From the NCBI GenBank assembly GCA_013166775.1, contig JABLTJ010000016.1, forward strand, positions 1-64,000: 64,000 nucleotides of DNA, in the 5' to 3' direction. Below are positions 48,533 through 58,534 of the stretch, one piece after another. Below the pieces are notes generated by a model. It was not told the DNA's origin. It ran no database searches and worked only from the letters and a program-made list of their open reading frames with translations. This DNA is from Promethearchaeati archaeon. Its GTDB lineage: Archaea; Asgardarchaeota; Heimdallarchaeia; Heimdallarchaeales; Heimdallarchaeaceae. A program made the translations under genes and the position numbers. Each line of letters opens with the position of its first letter. Positions within the stretch are counted from its first letter, which is position 1.

Positions 48533-49891
48533 CTATTTTTGTCTTCTTAATATTTTTCGAGAGATCATCTCTAAAGCTTGAGTAACAGGATAAATAGTTT
48601 CATTTACTGCTGGTGCATAACACAAATCAGCTTCAAGTAATTCTTGGAAAGTCATTTCACTTTGCAATCCCATGGATACTACATTCAAATTATCTGTTAT
48701 TGAATCAGGACCAATAGCTTGAGCTCCAAGTAATTTTCCAGTATTCTTGTCAGCAAGAATTTTGAAGTGAAGTTCAACAGCATCAGGCATATATGGTGGT
48801 TTATTATGTGTTTTAATCTTAGCTGAAACCACTTCAAAACCTGCATCTTCTGCAGCTTTCTTAATAAGACCTACAGATCCAACTCGAAGATCTATGTATG
48901 GTACTATGAAATTATTCATTGTTCCTGGGAACTTTAGAGTTCCTGGTCTAGCAATGGTCATAGCAGCTACTCTTGCCATTCGAACACAGCAAGTTGCTAG
49001 AGCTGAATTGATAGGTTTCTTTGAAACTAAATGAGTTGTTTCAGCACAATCTCCAACAGCGATTATATTAGGATCTGAAGTTTTCAATTCATCATCTGTT
49101 ACAATTGCACCAGATTCACCAATTTCTAATCCTGCTTCTTGTGCTAAAGTTACTTCTGGTTTTACACCTGTAGCTGCGACAACAAAATCACATTCAAAAT
49201 CTCCTTGATCTGTTGTGACTTTAGTAGCCATACCTTTTTCATCAAGAACAATTTCGTTTATTCCTACTCCAATAACGAACTTCAGTTTAGGTAGTCTTTC
49301 TTCAAGAATTTTTACTGTATCATCTGCATAATCTGGATCTACAAGCAGACGCATAATCCTAGATCTTGCTAGAACAACAGTTTCGATACCCCTATGAGCA
49401 AGTTCTGTAGCAACTTCAAGCCCAATTGCAGAAGCCCCTACAACCGCAACTTTAGAAGCTGTTGCAGCAGCTTCACGAATCATTGCTGAATCTTCAATCC
49501 ATTTTAGTGCATAAACGTTTTTACCATTAGCTCCAGGGATTGGAGGACGTTTAGCTTTAGAACCAATACAGAGGACTAGATAATCATATTCAACCTCAAA
49601 AATCTCATCATTCTCAAGATTCTTTACACTAACTTTCTTATTCTGACGATCAATTTTGAGAGCTTCATGACGACGTAAGAAGTTTATTTTCATCATCTGA
49701 TAATTCATAGATTCAATCAGAGGACTTTCATCTTCCCACAACCCACCAATCGCATAAGGCATAGCACAAGGATGATATGCATCGTAATTCTTCTTATCAA
49801 TTACTGTAATTTCTGCATTTCTATCCCATGCACGGAGTGTGGTAGCTGAGGTCCAACCAGAGGAACCATGTCCGATATATACAACTTTCAT
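48533..49891 (-). CDS. NADH oxidase / CoA-disulfide reductase family flavoprotein
   Basis: FAD loop GHGSSG, single redox Cys YHPCAMPY, GD, LLGAQ, CYAP. Confidence 0.9.
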   Translation of the reverse strand: MKVVYIGHGSSGWTSATTLRAWDRNAEITVIDKKNYDAYHPCAMPYAIGGLWEDESPLIESMNYQMMKINFLRRHEALKIDRQNKKVSVKNLENDEIFEVEYDYLVLCIGSKAKRPPIPGANGKNVYALKWIEDSAMIREAAATASKVAVVGASAIGLEVATELAHRGIETVVLARSRIMRLLVDPDYADDTVKILEERLPKLKFVIGVGINEIVLDEKGMATKVTTDQGDFECDFVVAATGVKPEVTLAQEAGLEIGESGAIVTDDELKTSDPNIIAVGDCAETTHLVSKKPINSALATCCVRMARVAAMTIARPGTLKFPGTMNNFIVPYIDLRVGSVGLIKKAAEDAGFEVVSAKIKTHNKPPYMPDAVELHFKILADKNTGKLLGAQAIGPDSITDNLNVVSMGLQSEMTFQELLEADLCYAPAVNETIYPVTQALEMISRKILRRQK

Positions 49892-49950
49892 GAACGAAAA
49901 CAGAGGAAGATAATTTATTAAAGTTACTAAAGGTAAGAATACATCCTTCT

Positions 49951-50667
49951 TTACCAAGGTACTTCATTTCCTTGCCAATCGTAAAACTTGCCTGTATCTT
50001 CAATTTTCAAAGATTCAATAACGCTGATCATCCCACTAATGGACTCATCTGGCATCAAAGGAGCTTTTTCTGTATATTCCATTGAGGTCTTCACCCAACC
50101 TGGGTGCAAAGAAACAACAATCACTCCAGAATTATCCAATTCAACTGAGAGCGCTTTAGTAATCATGTTTAATGCGGCTTTACTTGAGCTATAACTGTAC
50201 CCACTACCTTTTCTCCTTTTTCTAGCTATACTCCCGCTGACTGAGGAGATATTGACTATAATCGGATTTTCAGCTTTCTTCAACATAGGAAGGAACCTAA
50301 CAGCCATCATTAAAGGAGCTACTGTATTTATTTGGAAAATGTTGCTGAAGTCTTCTTTTTGAATATTCTCTAAGGAATCACTAAATTTTTCTCCACCAAA
50401 TCTAACACCAGCATTGTTGATTAAGATATCCAGTTTATCCATAAAACTAGTCATTTGCTTGTATAATTTACCTCGCTCTTCTTCACTACTAACATCTAAT
50501 TCAGGGACAATTATCCTTCCTGAGTGCTTATCTCTCAGTTCCTGTAATTGAACTGCTGCTCCAGGTCTCCTGCATGATGCAATAACATAATCACCTCTCT
50601 CAAGAAACTGTCTAGTAAATTCCAATCCTAATCCACTATTGCTCCCTGTTATCAAAATCCTCTTCAT
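49951..50667 (-). CDS. Short-chain dehydrogenase/reductase (CsgA-like)
   Basis: TGSNSGLG, NNAG, YSSSK, LHPGWVKT, terminal VPW. Confidence 0.93.
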   Translation of the reverse strand: MKRILITGSNSGLGLEFTRQFLERGDYVIASCRRPGAAVQLQELRDKHSGRIIVPELDVSSEEERGKLYKQMTSFMDKLDILINNAGVRFGGEKFSDSLENIQKEDFSNIFQINTVAPLMMAVRFLPMLKKAENPIIVNISSVSGSIARKRRKGSGYSYSSSKAALNMITKALSVELDNSGVIVVSLHPGWVKTSMEYTEKAPLMPDESISGMISVIESLKIEDTGKFYDWQGNEVPW

Positions 50668-50769
50668 CTTAAACAAATTAATGCTCTTCTCTTATTATTT
50701 TTGTGTTATTCCCTTCAAAACTTATTAAAGTCAGAAAAGACATAGTATTCATTTAGTAAGGTTTTATAC

Positions 50770-51987
50770 TTGAAGATGAATGTAAAGCAAGCAACCTCTG
50801 TCAGAGATCTTTGTACAAATTGTGCTTATTGTAAGAGTGCAATAAAATGTCCTGGTGAATTGTATTGTGTAGCGTGTGGAGCTTGTATAGAAGCTTGTCC
50901 TCAATCTGCAAGGATTTTTATTGAAACAGAGAAAGAAGTAGAAAAATATAATCTGTTAATTGACGGAGATATATATACTGTTTTAGAGAATCAAACAATT
51001 CTCAAGGTTCTTGAATCTCTCGGATACAAAATATCATCCCATTCCCATGATGCGCAAATTTATGCTCCCTGCAAAACAGGCGGTTGTTGGTCCTGTGCTG
51101 TTCTAGTGAATGGTGAGCTTAAGCCATCTTGTATCACTCCTATTGAAGATGGTATGGAAATTGTTACAGATATAGACAATATTACTCCAATGCGAATTGT
51201 TTCAGGTTTCCAAGGGCATCATGTTGGAGGAGTTGGTACTCCGAAAAATATTGAAATTACAAGTCCTTTCGGATATATAGAAGTTGCGTGTTTCACATCA
51301 GGCTGTCTTTACAGGTGCCCAACTTGTCAGAACTGGCAAGTAGCCTATCTTTCTAACTCTGAAGCTCTAACTCCAAAAGTAGCAGCTAGAAAGCTTACTG
51401 AAGTGAGAAAACAATACAGAGTTAACAGAATGGCAATTAGCGGAGGAGAATCAACATTGAATCGAAAATGGCTTGTTAGTCTTGTTTCCAACTTGAAATT
51501 CCTCAATCCTGACTCATTAGCTAGAATTCATGTTGATACTAATGCATCAATACTAACTCCTGATTATATTGATGAGTTAGTTAATGCAGGACTAACAGAC
51601 ATTGGACCTGATCTGAAAGGGAATTCCGTTGAAACCTTTATGAAAATAACTAATCTAAAAGATCAAGAACTAGCTAAGAGATATTTTGATACGAGTTGGA
51701 ATGCAGTAAAATATATTCTAGATAATCATTACGGGAAAATATTCATGGGTGTTGGATTACCCTTTAATAAAGAATTCATGACTCTTACAGAACTTGAAGA
51801 AATGGGTAATAAATTAGCAAATTGGGAACCAGATTTACAAGTTACAGTTTTAGATTATCGTCCAGAATTTCGAGCACAGCATATTGAACGTCCATCAGTA
51901 CATCTTATGAAGAATGTTAAGGAAATTTTAAGCAGCACAGGATTAACTAGCGTAATCTGTCAATCAATATATGGACACATTAAATAG
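50770..51987 (+). CDS. Radical SAM enzyme (PFL-activase-like) with N-terminal 4Fe-4S dicluster and 2Fe-2S domains
   Basis: CTNCAYC, CVACGACIEACP, CKTGGCWSC...C, radical SAM CLYRCPTC, SGGE, DTN, DLK. Confidence 0.88.
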   Translation: MKMNVKQATSVRDLCTNCAYCKSAIKCPGELYCVACGACIEACPQSARIFIETEKEVEKYNLLIDGDIYTVLENQTILKVLESLGYKISSHSHDAQIYAPCKTGGCWSCAVLVNGELKPSCITPIEDGMEIVTDIDNITPMRIVSGFQGHHVGGVGTPKNIEITSPFGYIEVACFTSGCLYRCPTCQNWQVAYLSNSEALTPKVAARKLTEVRKQYRVNRMAISGGESTLNRKWLVSLVSNLKFLNPDSLARIHVDTNASILTPDYIDELVNAGLTDIGPDLKGNSVETFMKITNLKDQELAKRYFDTSWNAVKYILDNHYGKIFMGVGLPFNKEFMTLTELEEMGNKLANWEPDLQVTVLDYRPEFRAQHIERPSVHLMKNVKEILSSTGLTSVICQSIYGHIK

Positions 51988-52043
51988 TAAACTTTTTGAA
52001 AACTAAATTTCTGCTTAAAATAGTGCAGTAAAAAGGTGTACCA

Positions 52044-53933
52044 ATGGTTTTTAGGAATAAGATGGAAGAAATAATCGAAGGAAAACATCGATTACCAGAA
52101 GATGAAAGGCTAAAAATGGAATATAAACCCGATAAGATTCCCCCACTTCCAGAAGGAGAAGAAGCTCTTAAACCTTCAACAAAAGCAGGATGGGAAACCG
52201 AATCAATTATTAGAGCAATGATCTCAAATCTACACAATGGTAGAAACTGGGAAAAGTTGTACATTTATGGAGGATCAGGGAAAGTTGCAAGAGATTGGAA
52301 ATCCTTCTACGAGACAATTGATTTGTTAAAGTCTCTTGATTCTAATGAAACATTATTCTTGCAATCAGGCGTACCTTATGGAAAGATGCAGACAACTCGA
52401 TGGGCTCCTAGATGTGTAATAACGAATAGCGTTATTGTTCCTCATTGGACACCAAATTTTGAAGAGTTTGTTGCAGCAGGACTTTCAGTTTATGGGCAAA
52501 TGACAGCTGGTTCTTTTATATTCATAGGTCTTCAAGGTATTATTCAAGGGACTTATGAAACAATTGCGGCTGCAATTAAAACTGCTGAGAAGAAACCTTC
52601 TTACAAGCAATTATCAAAGTTTGAGAAAAAACTCATAGTTACAGCTGGACTTGGATTAATGAGTGGAGCTCAACCTTTAGCTGCTAAAATGTGTGGTAAA
52701 ATCTGTATAATAGCAGAAGTAAATCCTAACCTAATTGACAGAATGTATAACACTGGAAGGGATCAAGGAGCGCCTTATTTAGATTACAAAACTGAATCTA
52801 TAGAGGAAGCAATACAAATAGCTCAAGAAGCTTCAGAGAAGGATGAAGCAGTTTCCATCGGAATTCTCTGTAATGCAATTGAACTCTTACAACATCTTAT
52901 AGATAATAATATTACTCCACTTGTTCTGACAGATCAAACCTCAGCTCATGATTTACTGAATGGTTATTATCCTGTAGGAATTTCTTATGATGAGGCTGAC
53001 ATCCTAAGGGTTGAAAGCCCAGAAGAGTATCTTGAGAGATCAAGAAGAACAGTTGTTAAGCATGTAAATCAAATGGTAGAGTTAAATAAGAGAGGTGCTG
53101 AAACTTTCGATTATGGAAATAATATTAGACAACAAGCATATGAACTTGGAGTAAAGGATGCATTTGATTACTCTGGGTTTGTTTTGGAATATGTTAGACC
53201 TCTCTTCTGTGAAGGAAAAGGACCATTCAGGTGGATGGCACTTAGTAACGATCCTGAAGATATTAGAACTACAGATAAATATGCAAAGAAACTATTCTAT
53301 GATGATTCACAACTAGTTAATTGGCTTGAGTTAGCAGATAAATACATACCTTTTGAAAAAGGATTACCCGCTAGAGTTTTCTGGGCTGGATTTATCGGAA
53401 GAGCTGCATTTGGGATGCTAATGAACAAACTTGTTGCTGATGGTGAACTCAAAGCTCCAGTAGTAATAGGAAGAGATCATCTAGATGGTGGAAGTGTTGC
53501 TTCACCTAATCGTGAAACAGAAGGCATGATAGACGGTAGTGACGCAATTGGAGATTATGCTGTTATTAATCTAATGGGAAATGCTTTATCTGGTGCAACA
53601 TGGGTTTCTTATCATGGTGGAGGGGGTGTCGGAGTTGGCTATTCTCTTCATGCTGGACAAGTAATACTTGCTGATGGTACCCGCCTTTCACAAGAAAGAT
53701 TGTTTAGAGTATTAACTTGGGATCCATTAAGTGCTGTTTTACGACATGCTGCAGCTGGTTATGAGAAGGCAATATCAATAGGCGAAAAACATGATTTGGT
53801 TATCCCTGGAAAGAACAACAACAAGGTCTTTGACTATCTAAAATTGTACAATCATATAATTAAACTAGTGAAAGAAAGAACAGGATTAGATTTATTCCCA
53901 TACAAAGAAAAACTGGAAATAAATCTGTTGTAG
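52044..53933 (+). CDS. hutU: Urocanate hydratase
   Basis: YGGSGK, YGQMTAGS, GLGLMSGAQP, TDQTSAHD, FDYGN, GPFRW, GRDHLD. Confidence 0.96.
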   Translation: MVFRNKMEEIIEGKHRLPEDERLKMEYKPDKIPPLPEGEEALKPSTKAGWETESIIRAMISNLHNGRNWEKLYIYGGSGKVARDWKSFYETIDLLKSLDSNETLFLQSGVPYGKMQTTRWAPRCVITNSVIVPHWTPNFEEFVAAGLSVYGQMTAGSFIFIGLQGIIQGTYETIAAAIKTAEKKPSYKQLSKFEKKLIVTAGLGLMSGAQPLAAKMCGKICIIAEVNPNLIDRMYNTGRDQGAPYLDYKTESIEEAIQIAQEASEKDEAVSIGILCNAIELLQHLIDNNITPLVLTDQTSAHDLLNGYYPVGISYDEADILRVESPEEYLERSRRTVVKHVNQMVELNKRGAETFDYGNNIRQQAYELGVKDAFDYSGFVLEYVRPLFCEGKGPFRWMALSNDPEDIRTTDKYAKKLFYDDSQLVNWLELADKYIPFEKGLPARVFWAGFIGRAAFGMLMNKLVADGELKAPVVIGRDHLDGGSVASPNRETEGMIDGSDAIGDYAVINLMGNALSGATWVSYHGGGGVGVGYSLHAGQVILADGTRLSQERLFRVLTWDPLSAVLRHAAAGYEKAISIGEKHDLVIPGKNNNKVFDYLKLYNHIIKLVKERTGLDLFPYKEKLEINLL

Positions 53934-53954
53934 AATCTAAAAACGTGATAACAA

Positions 53955-54650
53955 ATGAAAGAAGAAATTTCATCTTTATTAAAACAAATAAAAAATCTGA
54001 AAAGAGAGATTCTGACATATGAAGAATCAAGAAAAATAATGGAATTATCTGATATTCCTTTAAATCGAATGAAGTTAGCACGAAATTTGGAGGAAGGAAT
54101 TGAGGAAGCAAATAAACTAGGATATCCCGTAGTTCTGAAAATTGTTTCTGAGGACGTTATTCACAAATCTGATTCCGGAGGAGTTAAAGTAGGAATCAAT
54201 TCAGAAGATGATCTGAAAAAAGCCTATGATGAAATGATACAGAGTGTAAAAGAACATTATCCAGCTGCTAAAATCGAGGGAGTAAGTATTGAAGAAATGG
54301 TAAATGGCGTAGAATTGCTCATAGGAACTAATACAGATTCACAATTTGGAAAGATGATTGCTTTTGGGATAGGTGGAGTATTTGTTGAAGTTTACAAAGA
54401 TGTTTCATTTCGTTTGATTCCTGTCACAAAACACGATATAGAAGAGATGATAGATGAGATTGGTGGAAAGAAACTTCTAAATGGATTTAGAGGAATGCCT
54501 GCAGTAAATAAGGAAGAACTTACATCTTTAATCCTCAAAATCTCAAAACTCATAGAAGAGAATCCTATTATTAAGGAGATAGATCTTAATCCTGTTGTTG
54601 GTACAGAAAAAGGATTGAAAGCAATAGATGCCAGAATAATTCTCGAATAA
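53955..54650 (+). CDS. acdB: ADP-forming acetate/acyl-CoA ligase beta subunit
   Basis: [39 protein letters not shown]. Confidence 0.92.
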   Translation: MKEEISSLLKQIKNLKREILTYEESRKIMELSDIPLNRMKLARNLEEGIEEANKLGYPVVLKIVSEDVIHKSDSGGVKVGINSEDDLKKAYDEMIQSVKEHYPAAKIEGVSIEEMVNGVELLIGTNTDSQFGKMIAFGIGGVFVEVYKDVSFRLIPVTKHDIEEMIDEIGGKKLLNGFRGMPAVNKEELTSLILKISKLIEENPIIKEIDLNPVVGTEKGLKAIDARIILE

Positions 54651-54718
54651 ATTTCAACCAAATTAATACCTTTTCCAAATATTTTTATTTATTACAAAAG
54701 AAGTGGATGTGTGATATT

Positions 54719-54991
54719 ATGTCAAAAGTGAAAGCAAGTCATATTTTAGTTAAAAAGCATTCAGAAGCAAAGAGAATTCTCGATGAACTAAATAGTGGTG
54801 CAGATTTTACTGAACTAGCAAAGAAGCATTCTTTATGTCCCTCTGGTAAAAAGGGTGGAAGTCTAGGTTTCTTTACTCACGGGCAGATGGTTAAAGAGTT
54901 TGAACGAGCAGCTTTTTCTCTTAGGAAAGGAGAACTTTCTGATGTTGTAAAAACTCAATTTGGTTACCACGTTATTAAAAGAACGGGATAA
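54719..54991 (+). CDS. ppiC: Parvulin-type peptidyl-prolyl isomerase
   Basis: ASHILVK, LAKKHS.CPS...[18 protein letters not shown]. Confidence 0.95.
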   Translation: MSKVKASHILVKKHSEAKRILDELNSGADFTELAKKHSLCPSGKKGGSLGFFTHGQMVKEFERAAFSLRKGELSDVVKTQFGYHVIKRTG

Positions 54992-55094
54992 CACAAGATT
55001 TATTTCTTATTCTTTTTAGTAGCTAAAAGGAAATACTTAAAATAGAAATTGATTCAAGTAGTGTGTGTGCAATAACCATGCACAAGTGATGATT

Positions 55095-55754
55095 ATGTCG
55101 TTAGATGTGGATGAAAATATCAAAAGACAAGTTAAAGAAATTTTCCAGCATATGGAAAATATTGTGTATGTAAAGTTGTTTGCTGACAAAGATAGATGTT
55201 TGACATGTGCTCAAACTAAAGAAATTATTGAATTGCTTGCTGAATTAGCACCAGAAAACATGATAGATATAACTGTTTATGATCAAGAAGATAATCCTCC
55301 TGAAATCCAAAAATACAATGTTGAAAGATTTCCAACAATTCTTCTTCATGGAGAAAAGGAACATGATGTTGTTTTTACTGGAATTCCAAGTGGTTATGAA
55401 TTTGGAACATTGGTAGAAGATATTTTAGATATATCTGCTAGAAAGGTGACTTTGAAAAGCGAAAACCTTGAGAAAGTTGAAAAAATTGACAAACCAATCA
55501 AAATTCAGGTTTTTGTTACTCCTACATGTCCATACTGTACTTCAGCAGTAAGAATAGCACATAAACTTGCTATGGCAAATCCAAATATTATAGGAGAGAT
55601 GGTCGAAGCAACAGAATTTCCACAATTAGCTCAAAAATATTACGTTATGGGCGTTCCTAAAACTGTTATTAATGAAGGTGCAGTTCAGTTTGAGGGAGCT
55701 TATTCCGAAGATCAATTTGTGGAAAAAGTAATGGAAGCTTATAAAAAAGCTTAA
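55095..55754 (+). CDS. Protein disulfide oxidoreductase (two thioredoxin folds)
   Basis: CLTC and CPYC, GIPSGYEF, MGVPK. Confidence 0.93.
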   Translation: MSLDVDENIKRQVKEIFQHMENIVYVKLFADKDRCLTCAQTKEIIELLAELAPENMIDITVYDQEDNPPEIQKYNVERFPTILLHGEKEHDVVFTGIPSGYEFGTLVEDILDISARKVTLKSENLEKVEKIDKPIKIQVFVTPTCPYCTSAVRIAHKLAMANPNIIGEMVEATEFPQLAQKYYVMGVPKTVINEGAVQFEGAYSEDQFVEKVMEAYKKA

Positions 55755-55773
55755 TTTCTTTTTCTTTTCTTTT

Positions 55774-56970
55774 TTATTCTGTTTTTTCTTCCTGAGTTGT
55801 GTCTGGTTCATCTGTTGGAGTAGATTCTTCTTTAGTTTCTTCTTGTACAATTTCCTCTTCTTTAGTTTCCTCTTGTACAATTTCCTCTTCAATGATTTCC
55901 TCTTGTACAATTTCCTCTTCTTTAGTTTCCTCTTGTACAATTTCCTCTTCTTTAGTTTCCTCTTGTACAATTTCCTCTTCTTTAGTTTCTTCTTGTACAA
56001 TTTCCTCTTCTATTGTCTCTTCTTTACTTGATTCAGTTTTTGTTGTTTTCTTTACGCTTTTTTTCTTTTTTACGTAGTATTCTTCTTCTTCTTCTTTTTC
56101 GAATTTACCTTTATCAGATTTTAATTTCTTGATTTTTTGTTTAACAAGATCAAGTATTGTTTTCTTTTGGATATCTACTTCTCTGATTTTTTTAACAACA
56201 TCAGCTTCTTCCATAACTTGCTTAGTATCTTTATCTTCCTCAATTTCGAGAGATACAATATAATCCTTCATCATAGTAAATCTCATGTTTAGTGATTTGT
56301 AGGATTCAAATGAATCTACAGAGTCAATTTGCTTGTCAACTGCTTGTAGTTCAAGAAGATATTGTTGCAATTGTAATGCTTGATGTTCTAGTTGATCTAT
56401 GACTCTGAACATTTTACTTCTATATTCTTTATCAAATTCTTGAGATTGTTTTTCTTCATCCTCCAGTTTTTCTGCTTTTGATTTTCTTCCCCAAATAGCA
56501 ATGTGGATTTTACCATAAGCTAGAAGCAAGAAGGGGAGAGCACATAATTCAATAACAACAGGGATGAGGAATATTACAGGAATTGTTATAAAGAAAGGAA
56601 CTGTAGGTAGGGAATTCAGTAGAGGGCTTAAGGTCCTCTCAAAGTTTGCGACTGTTTCCTTAAGAATTAGTATAATTGCACTATACAATACAACAGCTAG
56701 TACGGATAGCAAAAATGATTTCAACAAAGATCCAAGCATATCAAAAGTTGTTTGAAGAGAAACTTCGTCTCTATAATGATAAATACACTCTGTGATTGCA
56801 ATAAGAGCCGCTAGAAACGACAAAGGTATAGCAAGTATAGTTAATGTTAATGTTGCTTGATTATACGAGAAAAATATGAGTATTAATAGGCTAAAAATCG
56901 CACCAACAAAGAATGCAAAAATACTTTGATTTAGATTTTTAGCCATTCTTGCATATGGCATATTTATCAC
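55774..56970 (-). CDS. Membrane protein (about 4 TM) with coiled coil and Glu-rich repeat tail
   Basis: N-terminal TMs, helical middle, (EEEIVQEETK)n tail. Confidence 0.8.
   Translation of the reverse strand: MINMPYARMAKNLNQSIFAFFVGAIFSLLILIFFSYNQATLTLTILAIPLSFLAALIAITECIYHYRDEVSLQTTFDMLGSLLKSFLLSVLAVVLYSAIILILKETVANFERTLSPLLNSLPTVPFFITIPVIFLIPVVIELCALPFLLLAYGKIHIAIWGRKSKAEKLEDEEKQSQEFDKEYRSKMFRVIDQLEHQALQLQQYLLELQAVDKQIDSVDSFESYKSLNMRFTMMKDYIVSLEIEEDKDTKQVMEEADVVKKIREVDIQKKTILDLVKQKIKKLKSDKGKFEKEEEEEYYVKKKKSVKKTTKTESSKEETIEEEIVQEETKEEEIVQEETKEEEIVQEETKEEEIVQEEIIEEEIVQEETKEEEIVQEETKEESTPTDEPDTTQEEKTE
55831..56010. repeat. 6 x 30-bp coding tandem repeat
   Basis: Consensus TTTAGTTTCCTCTTGTACAATTTCCTCTTC, head-to-tail with no spacers. 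Confidence 0.95.
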
Positions 56971-57097
56971 AATGTTTGATTTTTAAAAAAAGGTTTTCCA
57001 TGAAGGAAAAGGGAAAATAGTATTTGAACTAGTTTATGATACACTTTTGAGCTTGGATAATACTTTTTAATGTAAAAATTTAATTTCTTTTGATATT

Positions 57098-58426
57098 ATG
57101 AAAATGAAATCCACAGTAACTTTTCTAGTTTTTACTATGTTTTTGATGGGTTCTTTATATTTGCAAACAGGAATCATTGGAGTCAATGCAGAAACAAGAA
57201 ACAATAACAATTTCCAATTACAAGTAGATCAATACAATGCCACGTCTTCAAGAGATTTCTTTAACGAATCAAAACATCCCAGATATCCTCTAGTTACACA
57301 ACCTTTTGGCATGATTCAATACCCACACAAGGCGTTTCCAACAATAGTAAAATTTGATGAAGAATTCAGAATAGCAATTCAAGCTACTAAATCAGCTGAA
57401 GATTGGTTATTTACCTTAATAGATGGGTCAACATCAATAACCTTAGAGATAATAGATTCGGAATATAGAAATGACCAAAGAATATTCACTGTTATTTCAT
57501 CCCAAAATACAGAGGGATTATATGATTTACAAATGAACTGTAGCGAAGGTGATGATTATCAGACACATGCTGTAAACCTTATTGAAGAGAAGAAATATCC
57601 ATATACATTTGTTCAGATATCTGATGCTCATTTTCCTACTTACTTCGCTACAGGAATAAATACCACTGAAATCAATTTAGAAGAAATTGAGAAAATACGA
57701 CAATTAAATCCTGATTTTGTTATCTGCACTGGTGATTTAGTTCAGGGTCCTCAATTAATGTTTTTGAATCCAGAAACAGGAAAACCAATGTCTATGAAAT
57801 CACAACTTAGATTAGGTTTGTGGGCTCTTGATTTGTTGAATGTTCCTGTTTATTATATAGCTGGAAATCATGAATTTTCCCCATCTAACCTAGTTCCTGA
57901 TGATCTTACTGAGGCTTGGCATTATTATCTTGGACCTCTTAGGTATCAGAATTTTGATTATCTTGATTGGTCTTTTGTTGGATTTGGTACAGATTCTCCA
58001 GGACTATATGCTGATGAGAAGGATGCAATCAAAGGGATATTAAATGAAGTAGCAGGAAAAGCAAATGTTCTCTATTATCATTTCGATTTTTCAGGAGATG
58101 CAACAGAATTGATAAATAAATATCCTATTGAAGTTGGTATATATGGGCATCGTCATGAAGACACGGGAGAATTAAGAGATACAAGCATTGAGATTTATTA
58201 TGGTGTTGATACTCTGTATCACTTACAAGGTTCTTTGTACGGAAGATACTTTGAGCTGTTTACAATCAATAACGAAACTAGTTTAACCCTAAATAATACA
58301 ATACATAATTTCATTTTAGAACCCTATACTCCTGAAAAAACGAGGACTAGTGCTTATCTAGTTGTGTTAAGTGCATTTTTTGTTTTAAGTCTTAATATTA
58401 GAAGAAAAAGGAGAAAAAACATCTAA
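57098..58426 (+). CDS. Secreted, membrane-anchored metallophosphoesterase
   Basis: Signal peptide, SDAH, TGD, GNHE, GHRH, C-terminal TM + RRKRRK. Confidence 0.87.
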   Translation: MKMKSTVTFLVFTMFLMGSLYLQTGIIGVNAETRNNNNFQLQVDQYNATSSRDFFNESKHPRYPLVTQPFGMIQYPHKAFPTIVKFDEEFRIAIQATKSAEDWLFTLIDGSTSITLEIIDSEYRNDQRIFTVISSQNTEGLYDLQMNCSEGDDYQTHAVNLIEEKKYPYTFVQISDAHFPTYFATGINTTEINLEEIEKIRQLNPDFVICTGDLVQGPQLMFLNPETGKPMSMKSQLRLGLWALDLLNVPVYYIAGNHEFSPSNLVPDDLTEAWHYYLGPLRYQNFDYLDWSFVGFGTDSPGLYADEKDAIKGILNEVAGKANVLYYHFDFSGDATELINKYPIEVGIYGHRHEDTGELRDTSIEIYYGVDTLYHLQGSLYGRYFELFTINNETSLTLNNTIHNFILEPYTPEKTRTSAYLVVLSAFFVLSLNIRRKRRKNI

Positions 58427-58534
58427 TCCCCTATTTTTTTCCCCTAACAATAGAGGTCAAATTTATATTATACAATAATAATACTCAGTTGTTGTTTAAA
58501 ATAAGCAACAGAATTTGATCAAAGGGATAAAAAT

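Noticed and set aside
48533-49891. Glycine-cleavage L protein (dihydrolipoamide dehydrogenase)
   Set aside because: It has a single redox Cys (HPCAMPY) and lacks the CxxxxC disulfide motif, so it is Nox/CoADR type.
55831-56010. 30-bp repeats as a CRISPR array
   Set aside because: Head-to-tail with no spacers, unit length is a multiple of 3, and it lies in frame within a CDS.
55626-56077. Lys/Arg-rich, Ser-rich and Phe/Leu-rich repeat ORFs
   Set aside because: Alternative-frame readings of the 30-bp repeat.
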